From assembly GCA_021774445.1 (NCBI GenBank), contig JAJFJA010000005.1, positions 73,790 to 137,789 of the forward strand: DNA of 64,000 nt, written 5' to 3'. The translations under genes were made by a program, and so were the position numbers. Below are positions 27,871-37,441 of this stretch, piece by piece (position 1 is the first letter of the stretch; every line of letters starts with the position of its first letter). The DNA comes from Alphaproteobacteria bacterium. Its GTDB lineage: Bacteria; Pseudomonadota; Alphaproteobacteria; UBA6615. The notes below the pieces were generated by a model. The model was not told the origin of the DNA. It saw only the letters and a program-made list of their open reading frames with translations, and ran no database searches.

Positions 27871-29475
27871 ATGAATATCAAGCAACTGATCGCAGGCACC
27901 GCTGTCGGCTGTGTCCTGGGCCTTGCGGTCGCCGGCGCGGCGCAGGCCCAGACATTGCGCTATGCCGCCGCCGCCCCGGTCCTAACCATGGATCCCCATG
28001 CCACCAACGACTTCGTGTCGCAAATGGTGATCAGCCAGATCTATGACCCGCTCGTAGCAGTCAACGCCGACCTTGAGCTGGTGTCCGGCCTGGCCGAGAG
28101 TTGGGAGCATCTGGGCGGGCTGAAATGGCGCTTCACGCTACGGCAAGGCGTCAAATTCCATGGCGGCCAGGATTTTAGCGCCGAGGACGTCGCGTTCTCC
28201 ATCGAGCGCGCCAAGACCAGCCGCTTCTTCACCGCCTTCGTCGGTAAGATATCCAGCGTGGATATCATCGACAGCCACACCGTCGAGATCACGACCGACG
28301 ATCCGGATCCGCTGTTGCCGCGCAAAATGTCCAATGCCTTCATCATGAGCAAGTCTTGGGCGGAAGAGAACGGCGCCGACGAGGTGCCGGACCTGGGCGC
28401 CGAAGGCTCGGAAGTCTTTTCCGTGCGCAATGCCAACGGCACCGGTTTGTACATGCTCCAGGAGCGTGAACCCAGTGTTCGTACGGTGCTGGCCCGCAAC
28501 CCTAATTACTGGGGCGAGGCGACCGGTAATGTTCAGGAAGCGATCTATACGCCAATCGGCTCCGGTCCGACCCGGGTGGCGGCTCTGCTCTCCGGCGAGA
28601 TCGATCTCGTGGCCGATCTGCCGTTGCAAGACATTCCGCGCGTGGACGGTGCCGACGGTCTGATGGTGCAGCAGCGCCCGCAGCTCATCAATATCCAGCT
28701 TGAGCTGGACGGCAGCCGCGATGTCGCGCTCGATGTCTGGGACAAAGACGGCAATGTCCTTACGGTCAACCCGCTCAAGGATGTGCGTGTGCGCAAGGCC
28801 TTTGCCCAAGCCATCAATGTCGACCTGATCGTCGACCGGGTCATGCGCGGCAACGCCGCCGTCGCCGGCTCGGCGGCGGTCCCGGGAACAGGCGGCTACT
28901 ACGCCGATCTTGACGATCATTGGGCCTATGACGTCGAAGCCGCCAAGGGACTACTCGCGGAGGCCGGCTATCCCGACGGCTTCCAGGTCCAGCTCAACTG
29001 CCCGCTCGAGCGCTATGTCAACGCCGAGGACATCTGCAAGGCCGTCGCGCCGATGCTGGCGCAGATCGGCGTCGATGTACGCGTCAAGGGCATGGTCTGG
29101 CCGGAGTTCGCGAAGCTTCTCGTCAACGGTCCGGACTCCAGCTTCCATTTGATCGGCGCCGGCCCCAATGGGCAGGACACCCAGGATACTTTCGTCGATA
29201 CGATGATGACGCGGGTGCCGGACATCAAGCAGGGCTTCTTCAACTGGGCGCTGTGGTCCAACGACGAGTTCGACGAAATCGCCACGGAGATCCAGCAGAC
29301 CTTCGATGAGGCGCGTCGGGAAGAACTCTATCGGCGCGGGCTCACCCTTGGCCGTGAGAACGTCCACGCGATTTACCTGCACCGCCAAGTCATTACCTGG
29401 GGTCTGCGGGACAACATCACCGCGACCATTCGCCCTGATGCAACCGTACCGCTGGAGACTGTCGTCATCCAGTAG
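27871..29475 (+). CDS. ABC transporter substrate-binding protein, family 5 (peptide/nickel/opine, DppA/OppA-like)
   Basis: 534 aa with signal peptide and SBP_bac_5 conservation. Confidence 0.85.
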   Translation: MNIKQLIAGTAVGCVLGLAVAGAAQAQTLRYAAAAPVLTMDPHATNDFVSQMVISQIYDPLVAVNADLELVSGLAESWEHLGGLKWRFTLRQGVKFHGGQDFSAEDVAFSIERAKTSRFFTAFVGKISSVDIIDSHTVEITTDDPDPLLPRKMSNAFIMSKSWAEENGADEVPDLGAEGSEVFSVRNANGTGLYMLQEREPSVRTVLARNPNYWGEATGNVQEAIYTPIGSGPTRVAALLSGEIDLVADLPLQDIPRVDGADGLMVQQRPQLINIQLELDGSRDVALDVWDKDGNVLTVNPLKDVRVRKAFAQAINVDLIVDRVMRGNAAVAGSAAVPGTGGYYADLDDHWAYDVEAAKGLLAEAGYPDGFQVQLNCPLERYVNAEDICKAVAPMLAQIGVDVRVKGMVWPEFAKLLVNGPDSSFHLIGAGPNGQDTQDTFVDTMMTRVPDIKQGFFNWALWSNDEFDEIATEIQQTFDEARREELYRRGLTLGRENVHAIYLHRQVITWGLRDNITATIRPDATVPLETVVIQ

Positions 29476-29525
29476 ACATCAGCGAGTGACCGTCAATCAG
29501 GTGTTTCAAGCGTACACCAACGTGG

Positions 29526-29558
29526 GGCCGGCCGGAGCGACACACCCTCCGGCCGGCC
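29526..29558 (+). terminator. 12-bp perfect GC-rich hairpin (GGCCGGCCGGAG-N9-CTCCGGCCGGCC) between the SBP and permease genes
   Basis: Seen directly. No U-tract follows. Candidate intra-operon attenuator or mRNA-stabilising stem-loop that decouples SBP and permease levels. Confidence 0.4.
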
Positions 29559-29583
29559 GCTTCATCCCCGGCCGGGCACCCGC

Positions 29584-30579
29584 ATGACCGCGTTCATCAC
29601 GCGGCGGACCTTGCAGGCTTCGGGCGTCCTGGTCGTGGTCAGTTTCATCGGCTTTTTGCTGTTCACATTTACCGGCGATCCGGTCGCCAGCATCCTCGGC
29701 CTCGATGCCACGCCGGCGGATCGGGACGCGCTGCGCGGCCGGCTCGGGCTCGACGACCCGTTCATCCTTCGTTATCTGACCTACGCGCTAAACGCCGCCC
29801 AAGGCGAATTCGGCATTTCCTACGCGACCGCCCGCCCGGTCGAGGAAGTCATCGTCGAACGGCTGCCGGCAACCATCGAGCTAGCGGCGGTCGCGGTCCT
29901 GTTCTCCCTGGCCATAGGCATCCCGTTGGGCGTCTATACGGCGCTCAATCGTGATCGCTGGCTGGCCCGGTTTGTCATGACCGTATCGATCGTCGGCGTC
30001 TCGCTGCCGACCTTCGTCGTCGGCATTCTGCTGATCTTCCTGTTCGCCGTGGGGCTCGGCTGGCTGCCGTCCTTCGGCCGCGGTGAGGTGGTAAAGTTGG
30101 GTTGGTGGAGCACCGGCCTGCTTACCGTCAGCGGCTTGAAGGCACTGATCATGCCGGCATTGTCGCTGGCGATTGCCCAGTCGGCCTTGGTGGCGCGGTT
30201 GGTACGCGCCGAGATGATAGAAGTCTTGCGCGCCGACTTTATCAAATTCGCCCGAGCCCGCGGCCTGCGCAACCGTGCAGTGCATTTCCACCATGCCCTG
30301 CGCAACACGATGATCCCGATCGTCACCGTCACCGGCATCCAGCTCGGCTTCTTGTTTGCCTTCTCCATCGTCGCCGAGGCGGTCTTCCAATGGCCCGGCA
30401 TGGGTTTGCTGTTCCTGCAATCCCTAGGTAAGACGGACGTCCCCGTGATGTCCGCATTTCTGATCCTGGTGGCGTTCTTTTTCGTAATCATCAACCTCGC
30501 CGTCGATCTGCTGTACATGGTGATCGATCCGCGCTTGCGTATCCGGCACGAGATCGCCGAAGGCGTGGCCGGGTCGTGA
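29584..30579 (+). CDS. ABC transporter permease (DppB/OppB-like)
   Basis: 331 aa with 6 TM segments and BPD_transp_1 signature. Overlaps the next permease by 4 bp. Confidence 0.85.
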   Translation: MTAFITRRTLQASGVLVVVSFIGFLLFTFTGDPVASILGLDATPADRDALRGRLGLDDPFILRYLTYALNAAQGEFGISYATARPVEEVIVERLPATIELAAVAVLFSLAIGIPLGVYTALNRDRWLARFVMTVSIVGVSLPTFVVGILLIFLFAVGLGWLPSFGRGEVVKLGWWSTGLLTVSGLKALIMPALSLAIAQSALVARLVRAEMIEVLRADFIKFARARGLRNRAVHFHHALRNTMIPIVTVTGIQLGFLFAFSIVAEAVFQWPGMGLLFLQSLGKTDVPVMSAFLILVAFFFVIINLAVDLLYMVIDPRLRIRHEIAEGVAGS

Positions 30580-31553
30580 CCGCGAAAACCCGGCAACCAG
30601 TGCTCACCGCCGCCGGACCCGCCGGGGATGCGCCTGGCTGGCAGGCTCGGTTGGCCCGGCTCTATGACAGCGACATCTGCTACAGCTTTCGTCACGCGCC
30701 ACTGGTGGTCGCCGCCGCGCTGCTATTCCTGCTGATGATCTTCGCCGCGGTCTTCGCTCCCTGGCTCGCCCCGACCAATCCCTACGACCTAAAAACTCTC
30801 AACCTGCTCGATTCTCTGCTGCCCCCGATCTGGGTTGAAGGCAGCGATCCGCGCTTCCTGCTCGGCACCGACAGCCAGGGTGGCGGCATCCTGTCGCTAA
30901 TCATGTACGGCGCCCGCGTGTCGCTGACGGTTGGCGCGTTGGCGGTGTCCGTATCGGTCAGCCTCGGCATCACACTGGGGTTGGTCAGCGGCTATATCGG
31001 CGGCAAGATCGATGCGGTTATCATGCGTATCGCGGACATTCAGCTCACCTTCCCGTCCCTGCTGATGGCACTGTTGATTGGGGGCATAACCGGCTCGGTA
31101 TTGCCCGATCGGCTACAGGCCCAATTCGCGATCCCGGTGGTTATCCTTGCCCTTGGCGTGTCACACTGGCCACATTTCGCCCGTCTCGTACGCGGCGGTA
31201 CCATCGTCGAGAAGGAGAAGGATTATATCGCGGCGGCCCGGCTGATCGGCCGCTCTCCCTTCGCCATTATGTTTCGCCAGGTGCTGCCAAACGTGCTCAA
31301 TCCGGTTTTGGTACTGGCCACGCTGGATGTTGCCTTTGCCGTAATGGGAGAAGCCACGTTGTCCTTCCTCGGCTTCGGCGTTCCGCCGACCCAGCCGTCG
31401 CTCGGCACACTGATCCGCAACGGCTATGCCTTCCTGTTTTCCGGGGAATGGTGGATCGTCATCTTTCCCAGTCTCACCCTGGTGATCCTAGTCGTCGCGG
31501 TGAATATCATCGGTGACTGGTTGCGCGATGCCCTCAACCCCAAGCTACGTTAG
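30576..31553 (+). CDS. ABC transporter permease (DppC/OppC-like)
   Basis: 325 aa with N-terminal OppC_N-like segment and permease core. Confidence 0.85.
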   Translation: MTAKTRQPVLTAAGPAGDAPGWQARLARLYDSDICYSFRHAPLVVAAALLFLLMIFAAVFAPWLAPTNPYDLKTLNLLDSLLPPIWVEGSDPRFLLGTDSQGGGILSLIMYGARVSLTVGALAVSVSVSLGITLGLVSGYIGGKIDAVIMRIADIQLTFPSLLMALLIGGITGSVLPDRLQAQFAIPVVILALGVSHWPHFARLVRGGTIVEKEKDYIAAARLIGRSPFAIMFRQVLPNVLNPVLVLATLDVAFAVMGEATLSFLGFGVPPTQPSLGTLIRNGYAFLFSGEWWIVIFPSLTLVILVVAVNIIGDWLRDALNPKLR

Positions 31554-31561
31554 TAGCAGCC

Positions 31562-32479
31562 ATGACCGAAGCCATTTATCGTCATTTCACCCGGACTGAG
31601 CTCGAAGCCCAATTCACCCTGGATTATGTCGACGACCTAGACGGCAAGCGCGCCAAGCGCGTGGCCGCCAGCCTGGCCGCGCGCCGCGACCTCGAATGCA
31701 ACCTTGGCGTGGCCTATGGCGAAACCCCGGCAGAGACACTCGATATCTTCCCCGCGGACAGCTCGACCCCGGCACCGATCCAGCTCTTCATCCATGGCGG
31801 TTTCTGGCAGACCTTGGACGCCGCCACCTTCAGCTTCCCGGCCAGCACGCTGGTACCCGCCGGCGCGGCTTATCTCGCCGTCGACTACGCCCTCATGCCG
31901 GCGGTCACCATGGGCGAGATCGTGCGGCAATGCCGGGCCGCCATCGCCTGGACCTACCGCAACGCGCAGGACTTCAACGGCGATCCGACGCGTATCCACA
32001 TCTCCGGCCATTCGGCCGGCGGCCATCTAGTCGCCATGCTGATGGACCCTGGCTGGCCGGCGGAATACGGCTTGCCCGCCGATGTGGTCAAAGGCGGTTG
32101 TGCCATCAGCGGCCTCTTTGAGCTTGAAGCGGTGCGCCTCAGTTCCCACAACACCGCGATGTCGCTCACGTCGGCGGATGTCGCGGCCTACAGTCCGCAC
32201 CGCGCTGTCTCACCGACCGCAGCGCCGCTCATCTTGGCGGTCGGCGGCCGTGAGCCGGAGGAGTTTCGTTTGCAGACCACCGACTACGCCGAGGCGTGGC
32301 AGGCGGCCGGCAATCGCTGCGAGGTCATCATCCCAGCGCACGCGGACCATATCAGCATCCTGCTGGACGACCTGACGGCCGCCGATGCGAAGCTGCATGG
32401 CGCGGTGTTGGGCCAAATGGGCCTCGCCTCAGATTGGCATACGGCGCATGGCCAACGGAAAGACAGCCAACCCCAGTAG
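31562..32479 (+). CDS. Alpha/beta hydrolase (esterase/arylformamidase-like)
   Basis: HGGFW oxyanion motif and GHSAGG nucleophile elbow. 3' end overlaps the convergent MFS gene by about 50 bp. Confidence 0.75.
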   Translation: MTEAIYRHFTRTELEAQFTLDYVDDLDGKRAKRVAASLAARRDLECNLGVAYGETPAETLDIFPADSSTPAPIQLFIHGGFWQTLDAATFSFPASTLVPAGAAYLAVDYALMPAVTMGEIVRQCRAAIAWTYRNAQDFNGDPTRIHISGHSAGGHLVAMLMDPGWPAEYGLPADVVKGGCAISGLFELEAVRLSSHNTAMSLTSADVAAYSPHRAVSPTAAPLILAVGGREPEEFRLQTTDYAEAWQAAGNRCEVIIPAHADHISILLDDLTAADAKLHGAVLGQMGLASDWHTAHGQRKDSQPQ

Positions 32480-33673
32480 AGCCAAGCCGCCGACAACGAT
32501 GGCAAGAGCTAGCTGGCTGCCGCTGCCCACCGCGCCGATGAACGCCACGGCCGCAGCCCCCAAACCCATTTGCACGAAGCCGAGCAGCGACGCCGCCGTG
32601 CCGGCCATCTCCGGATAGGCGCCGACCGCACCGGCGGTGCTCGTCGGCACCATAAAGCCCATCCCCAGTACCAAGACCGCCGTCGGCCACAGAATGGCAC
32701 CCACCGTGCCCACGCCCGCCAAGGCCAGTGCTATCAATCCAGCCGCCCCGGCCATAATGATCGGCACGCCATAGAGGTTCGTGCGGATAACGCCATGCCG
32801 GACCACCAGCCGGCCGACGGCGAACGCACCCAGGGCATAACCTAAGAAAGCGAGCAAGGTGAACCGGCCGTAGGCCTCGGCCGTCTGACCCAAAGTGATG
32901 ATGAGAACGAACGGCGCCGCGGCCATGAATGCATAAAAGCTCGCGGCGTGCAGGCTCGAACAGAGCAGAAAACCGAGGAAATTCGTCGAGCCCAGCAAGC
33001 GGCGGAAATCCGTCAGCATGCGCCCCTTGGCCCGGCCGCCGCCGCGGTATCGGTTGGTCTCGCCGATAAGGCGCCAGGTCGCGATGGTCGCGACCGTGGC
33101 CGTCACCGCGATCAGCACAAAATTGGCGCGCCAGCCAAACGTCCCGTGTATGTAGGCGCCGAGTGCCGGACCGAGCGCCGGCGCCAGGGCCAGCGACATA
33201 GACATATAAGCCATAACCTGCGCCGCGCGGCTGGCCGGGAAAAGGTCCCGCACGATCGCCCGCGCAATGACCGGACCCGCCGTCGCGCCGATACCCTGTA
33301 CGAAGCGCGCCGCCACGAGAACGCCGACATCGGGTGCCAGGGCGCAGGCGATGCTGGCGAGCACGTAAATTGCGGTCCCGATGACTAGCGCCGGCATGCG
33401 GCCGATCCGATCGGACAACGAGCCGAAGTAGAGTTGCGCAAGGGTAACGCCGACGAGAAAGCTGGTAAGGGTGAATTGGGTACGCTGCGCGGTCGTCCCC
33501 AATTCGGCGGCAAGGGTCGGCAGCGACGGCAAATACATGAACGCCGAGATCAGGCCAGCACCGGTCAGGGCGGCAAGCACCAGTACCACCCGCAGCGGCG
33601 ACACCGGGGTCACCGCAATGTCCGTGACTCCCGGGGCCAACTCGGGCGCCCTCTGTATCGGCGTTTCGGTCAT
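32429..33673 (-). CDS. MFS transporter, Bcr/CflA drug-resistance subfamily
   Basis: 12-TM MFS with GRMPALVIGTAIYVLASIACALAP...RFVQGIGATAG. The track extension to 34135 is rejected; start reset to the ATG at 33673. Confidence 0.85.
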   Translation of the reverse strand: MTETPIQRAPELAPGVTDIAVTPVSPLRVVLVLAALTGAGLISAFMYLPSLPTLAAELGTTAQRTQFTLTSFLVGVTLAQLYFGSLSDRIGRMPALVIGTAIYVLASIACALAPDVGVLVAARFVQGIGATAGPVIARAIVRDLFPASRAAQVMAYMSMSLALAPALGPALGAYIHGTFGWRANFVLIAVTATVATIATWRLIGETNRYRGGGRAKGRMLTDFRRLLGSTNFLGFLLCSSLHAASFYAFMAAAPFVLIITLGQTAEAYGRFTLLAFLGYALGAFAVGRLVVRHGVIRTNLYGVPIIMAGAAGLIALALAGVGTVGAILWPTAVLVLGMGFMVPTSTAGAVGAYPEMAGTAASLLGFVQMGLGAAAVAFIGAVGSGSQLALAIVVGGLALLGLAVFPLAMRRMPI

Positions 33674-33914
33674 TTGCTTCCGTGACGACCACAACCGGCA
33701 ATGCCTCGCCCCGCCCCCGAAAGGCGAGACCGCGAACACTAACAAGCAAATCTTGGTGGCAAGCTCTCTGCGCGCGGATCGGTCCCATCGTACTCCGGGC
33801 GCCGGCACAGCAAAAGAGCCACGGTACGCCCACTCCCGTCCGCTAGTTATTCCAGCGCACTGGCAAGTTTTCGCGTCGCTCGCGGCGCCGAACAGACTTG
33901 AAGACCTTCCGGGA

Positions 33915-34220
33915 TTATTCTGCCGAGGCCGACAGCGGCGAATAGGTGTCTTGCAGTCCAAATGCCGCTGGGCCGAACTGGCGCAGCGCCGCCTCGCTGC
34001 GCATGATCTCGGGTACGCCGACGGCCATGACCCTGACCCGTTGGCCGTAGCGGAGAGTCTCGTTGGTGATAGGTACCGCGGTCTCGGCGTCGAGGATCGA
34101 AATAATGTCCGGCACGATGACCAGCAGTTTTCCACCCGCGCGCGACCAGGTTCTCGTTCTGGAACTCGATGGTGCAGCGGCCGCCGGGGTGTTGGCCACT
34201 CTAACGCCGGAGGGACGCAT
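33915..34220 (-). pseudogene. C-terminal fragment of a DUF917-like (hydantoinase-associated) protein, about 65 conserved-looking residues
   Basis: LLVIVPDIISILDAETAVPITNETLRYGQRVRVMAVGVPEIMRSEAALRQFGPAAFGLQDTYSPL resembles the C-terminus of DUF917-type proteins. Only about 135 bp lie upstream, so the N-terminal roughly 290 aa are missing. Family assignment is from memory. Confidence 0.3.
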
Positions 34221-34354
34221 CGCGAAACAGCTCTTCTCTCAGCGCGAGAAGAGCAGGCTGAAAACCGATCTTAATGCCTGGTTTGGGTGCCAATCGGCTG
34301 GCGTATCTTGAACGACCTTAGGCAGAACTCGATGGTATGATGCGGAGAACTTCC

Positions 34355-35680
34355 TCAAAGACTGTTGGGTTCTTCAGTACCACACCAGGCCATGATGACT
34401 TCCGCAGTCGCTGCGATCGCTCGGATGAAGCTATCAATATCGACCCATTCATCGGCCTCGCCGGACATTGTCAGTCCGCCGCAAAGCGGGCCGAAACCGA
34501 CCGTCGGGATACCTTTTTGCACGACCGGGTTGCGGATATCACTTGAGGTATGGAGTGGATTGACCTGGGGATTGGCACCCAATTCTATCAGGGCTTTTGC
34601 AACGACTTCATACAAGGGCGAGTCCTGCGGGGTCTCCGCAGCCGTCACGCCGGAAAGCCACGCAATATGCGGCGGATATTCGTTGAGCCAGGTATCCTGT
34701 TCGCTGGCGGCGCGGACGGCGGACTCAACGGCTGCCATCACGTTGCTAAGGTTCTCACCCGGAACGAGCGTCATCGCGCCGCCAAGCCGGCACGATTCCG
34801 CGATATGGCTAAGCTCATTCCCGTCACCGAATTCGCAAAAAGACAACATAAGATTGGCCGACCGGCCGATTGCCGTTTGCAGCCGTGGATGGGTTATTTG
34901 CTTGCCCCGGTCCGCATCCAGGCGCTTGAGAGCGCCAGCGACAATCAAGGCCTTATCAAACGGGTTCTCAGCCGCATGCGCGAAAGCCGTGTGGGCCGGC
35001 TCCGATGTCGCGGGCGCGCGACCTTGAACCGTGATCATGAACTCGAGTTGCCCGGGCGCGAACGCCTTGATCTCGTCAAGGCCGCGGCCGGACTCCGCCG
35101 GGTGAAGATACACCGCGGCATCCGCCGTGACGCCCTGATGCAACGCTGCGGAGATACCCCGGCGATGCTGCTTGCTGGGTGAACTTACCAGGGTCACCGC
35201 GCCGGCCGGCTGCAGGTCGGCGCGACGCAATACAGCAATCGACTGAACCATGATGGCCAGCCCGGCAAGATCGTCCGCGACGCCCCAGCCGTAAATGCGC
35301 CCGTCCCGGCAGTGGGGTGCGAAGGGATCGGTCTGCCAAACCGGCTCGCTGCGGAAGTCTTCCGCATCCGGATGGGCAAACAGCAGGAGGCTTCGGCCGC
35401 CGGCACGGCTGCCGATTCTCCCCGTCAGGCAGCTTTCGCGTCCGTGGGTGGCAACGTCGGCGGCGGCGAACTCGTCGATGACGGGAACGGCGCGGGGGTC
35501 GTAGCTAAGCACGTCGGTTTCGCATCCAACCTCCTCCATCGCCAGCCGCAACACGGCTTCGACCGCCGGCGATCCCGACTTGCCAGCGACGACAAGACGT
35601 TCCAGAAGGGCCAGGCTCGCCGCTTTCGAGGCCGTGCTCGCTTTGGCGATGCGCGATGTTCTATCGGCTGGGTGAGTCAT
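34355..35680 (-). CDS. M20 family metallopeptidase (ArgE/DapE/acylase-like)
   Basis: 441 aa with LLLFAHPDAED...DPFAPHCRDGRIYGWGVADD metal-binding motifs. Confidence 0.85.
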   Translation of the reverse strand: MTHPADRTSRIAKASTASKAASLALLERLVVAGKSGSPAVEAVLRLAMEEVGCETDVLSYDPRAVPVIDEFAAADVATHGRESCLTGRIGSRAGGRSLLLFAHPDAEDFRSEPVWQTDPFAPHCRDGRIYGWGVADDLAGLAIMVQSIAVLRRADLQPAGAVTLVSSPSKQHRRGISAALHQGVTADAAVYLHPAESGRGLDEIKAFAPGQLEFMITVQGRAPATSEPAHTAFAHAAENPFDKALIVAGALKRLDADRGKQITHPRLQTAIGRSANLMLSFCEFGDGNELSHIAESCRLGGAMTLVPGENLSNVMAAVESAVRAASEQDTWLNEYPPHIAWLSGVTAAETPQDSPLYEVVAKALIELGANPQVNPLHTSSDIRNPVVQKGIPTVGFGPLCGGLTMSGEADEWVDIDSFIRAIAATAEVIMAWCGTEEPNSL

Positions 35681-35713
35681 TTCGATGGTTGCCTGCAGGA
35701 TCGTCCGAGGGTT

Positions 35714-36385
35714 CTAGAGGTTCGCCATGGCCTCCAACACGTCGTTTGAGAGGCTCCTGATATGCGCGACCAAGCTGGCCCGCGCCCGCGCCGAGTCGCC
35801 GGATTTGAGCGCTGCGATAATTTCCAGATGCTCCTCGGTGTCGGGCCGGAACCGGGACGGCAGGCCCGATAGTTCGAAAATACGCGTGGTGACCCGCAGA
35901 TCCCGTATTACCTGAGCCATGACGTTATTGCCCGACGCGTCGGCGATCATGTCGTGAAGTTTCTCGTCGGCCGCCCAATGGCTTTCGGCGGGAACGGCCG
36001 GATTGGCCTCCAGTGCAAGCATATCGGTTTCGATTTCCCCAAGCGCCGCCGCCTCGATCTTACCGGTCGCCGCCGCAACGGCCTCGCCTTCAAGCAACTC
36101 CCGCAGCCGCATCGTCTGGAAGTACTCCCGGTTGGAGACGATCCGCACCCGGAACGGCTGATTCACTTGCTTTTCAATCAGCCCCTCGCTTTGCAGCAGC
36201 AATAGTGCTTCACGAACCGGCGTGCGCGAAATAGAAAGTTCGGTCGCAAAACGGTCTTCGGAAACGATCTCGCCACCACTAAGTTTGCGGGTGAGGATCA
36301 TGTTACGGATCGTTCGGTAGACCCGTTGTGCAAGGCTGACGGTCTCGGCTGCCGAGCCTTGGGCGCCTGCGAGTGTTTCAATCAT
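35714..36385 (-). CDS. GntR family transcriptional regulator (FadR/FCD subfamily)
   Basis: wHTH (LSGGEIVSEDRFATELSISRTPVREAL) plus FCD domain. The start ATG at 36385 overlaps the stop of the PTE-family gene (ATGA). Confidence 0.85.
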   Translation of the reverse strand: MIETLAGAQGSAAETVSLAQRVYRTIRNMILTRKLSGGEIVSEDRFATELSISRTPVREALLLLQSEGLIEKQVNQPFRVRIVSNREYFQTMRLRELLEGEAVAAATGKIEAAALGEIETDMLALEANPAVPAESHWAADEKLHDMIADASGNNVMAQVIRDLRVTTRIFELSGLPSRFRPDTEEHLEIIAALKSGDSARARASLVAHIRSLSNDVLEAMANL

Positions 36386-37428
36386 GATCGGTTGGTTCCA
36401 CTGAGGTAACACAAAAGCCGGGCAGGTGTTTTGCCTAGCAACTGATCGACATCCTTCTCCTTCCAGCCGCGCCGTAACATCAACGGCACGACGTTGCTGA
36501 TAAGGTGTGCGTAGCCATGCCCGCCGAAACTGGTGAGCCGGGTTCGGGTGCAGATGTCGTGTGAGATAGTGATTTGCTCGCGGTAGCCGAGCGCCATGAG
36601 ATCCTGAATGAGATCAAGCCGCATATAGTCGGTCGGCAGGTCAAGATCTTCATTTGCCATCCAGTACTGAGATGTTTCGATGCCAAAGAAATCCCACTCG
36701 AGGACGAATCCGAGCTTCAGAAGATCGAGAATTCGGCCACGGTCGAAGATCGTCCGATCCATGTGCCCGATGATGGTGCGCGACGGGTCGACGCCGGCCT
36801 CCAGCAGGATGCTCGCAAGCTCGCCGGGGGCGTCCGGGTGCCGTCCGGGATGTATCGTGACCGCCGCGCCAGTCGCCCGCTGTGCCTGTGCCGCCGCTAT
36901 CAACAGCCGCCGCTCGCCGGGCATCAGTGGCCAAGAACAGCCGAGTTCTCCAATCAGGCCGGCGCGGACTTGTGTGCCCCAAGCGCCGTCGTTGAGCTGA
37001 GCGAGGATCGTTTCTTCAAGTTCGTCAATCTCCGCGCTGCACACCGTATTCGGTAGATAGGAGTCGACGTAATATCCGGCGCCGATGATGATCGAGACGC
37101 CGGTCTCGGTCGCGATCCCTGCGAGCCGATCCGGTTGCGGCCTGATACCGCCAACTGTCAAGTCGACTATTGTTTGACCGCCGGCGTCGCGGAACCGTTC
37201 AAGTTCGTGCCGCGCCACGCCGTCATCGTCGAGCAGCATGTTCGCCTGGTTTCGGTTTTGGAAGTAGTCGGTCTCGAACCGGTTCTCCATGGTTATGGGC
37301 GGACATGCAAGACCACCGTCACGGGTCGTTGGGTCTCGTAGGTCGCATAGGATGTGCTCATGCATCAGCGTCCACCCAAGTGCAGACGCAGGCACCGGAC
37401 CCGTGACCGTTTGCGCGTAACTGCCCAA
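36382..37428 (-). CDS. Phosphotriesterase-family protein (PTE homology/aryldialkylphosphatase-related hydrolase, likely lactonase-type)
   Basis: GWTLMHEHI N-terminal metal-binding motif, then ...GHMD... conservation. Track N-terminus over-extended into the upstream ATPase gene; start placed at TTG 37428 after AAGGGGAG (GTG 37392 also possible). Confidence 0.75.
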   Translation of the reverse strand: MGSYAQTVTGPVPASALGWTLMHEHILCDLRDPTTRDGGLACPPITMENRFETDYFQNRNQANMLLDDDGVARHELERFRDAGGQTIVDLTVGGIRPQPDRLAGIATETGVSIIIGAGYYVDSYLPNTVCSAEIDELEETILAQLNDGAWGTQVRAGLIGELGCSWPLMPGERRLLIAAAQAQRATGAAVTIHPGRHPDAPGELASILLEAGVDPSRTIIGHMDRTIFDRGRILDLLKLGFVLEWDFFGIETSQYWMANEDLDLPTDYMRLDLIQDLMALGYREQITISHDICTRTRLTSFGGHGYAHLISNVVPLMLRRGWKEKDVDQLLGKTPARLLCYLSGTNRS

Positions 37429-37441
37429 GGCGCCGCTCCCC

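Noticed and set aside
32352-33833. 493-aa alternative-frame ORF, and the 568-aa N-terminally extended version of the MFS gene
   Set aside because: Gly/Arg-rich nonsense frame inside the MFS gene. The MFS extension upstream of the ATG at 33673 has no TM character and is Arg/Ser-rich, so the start was reset.
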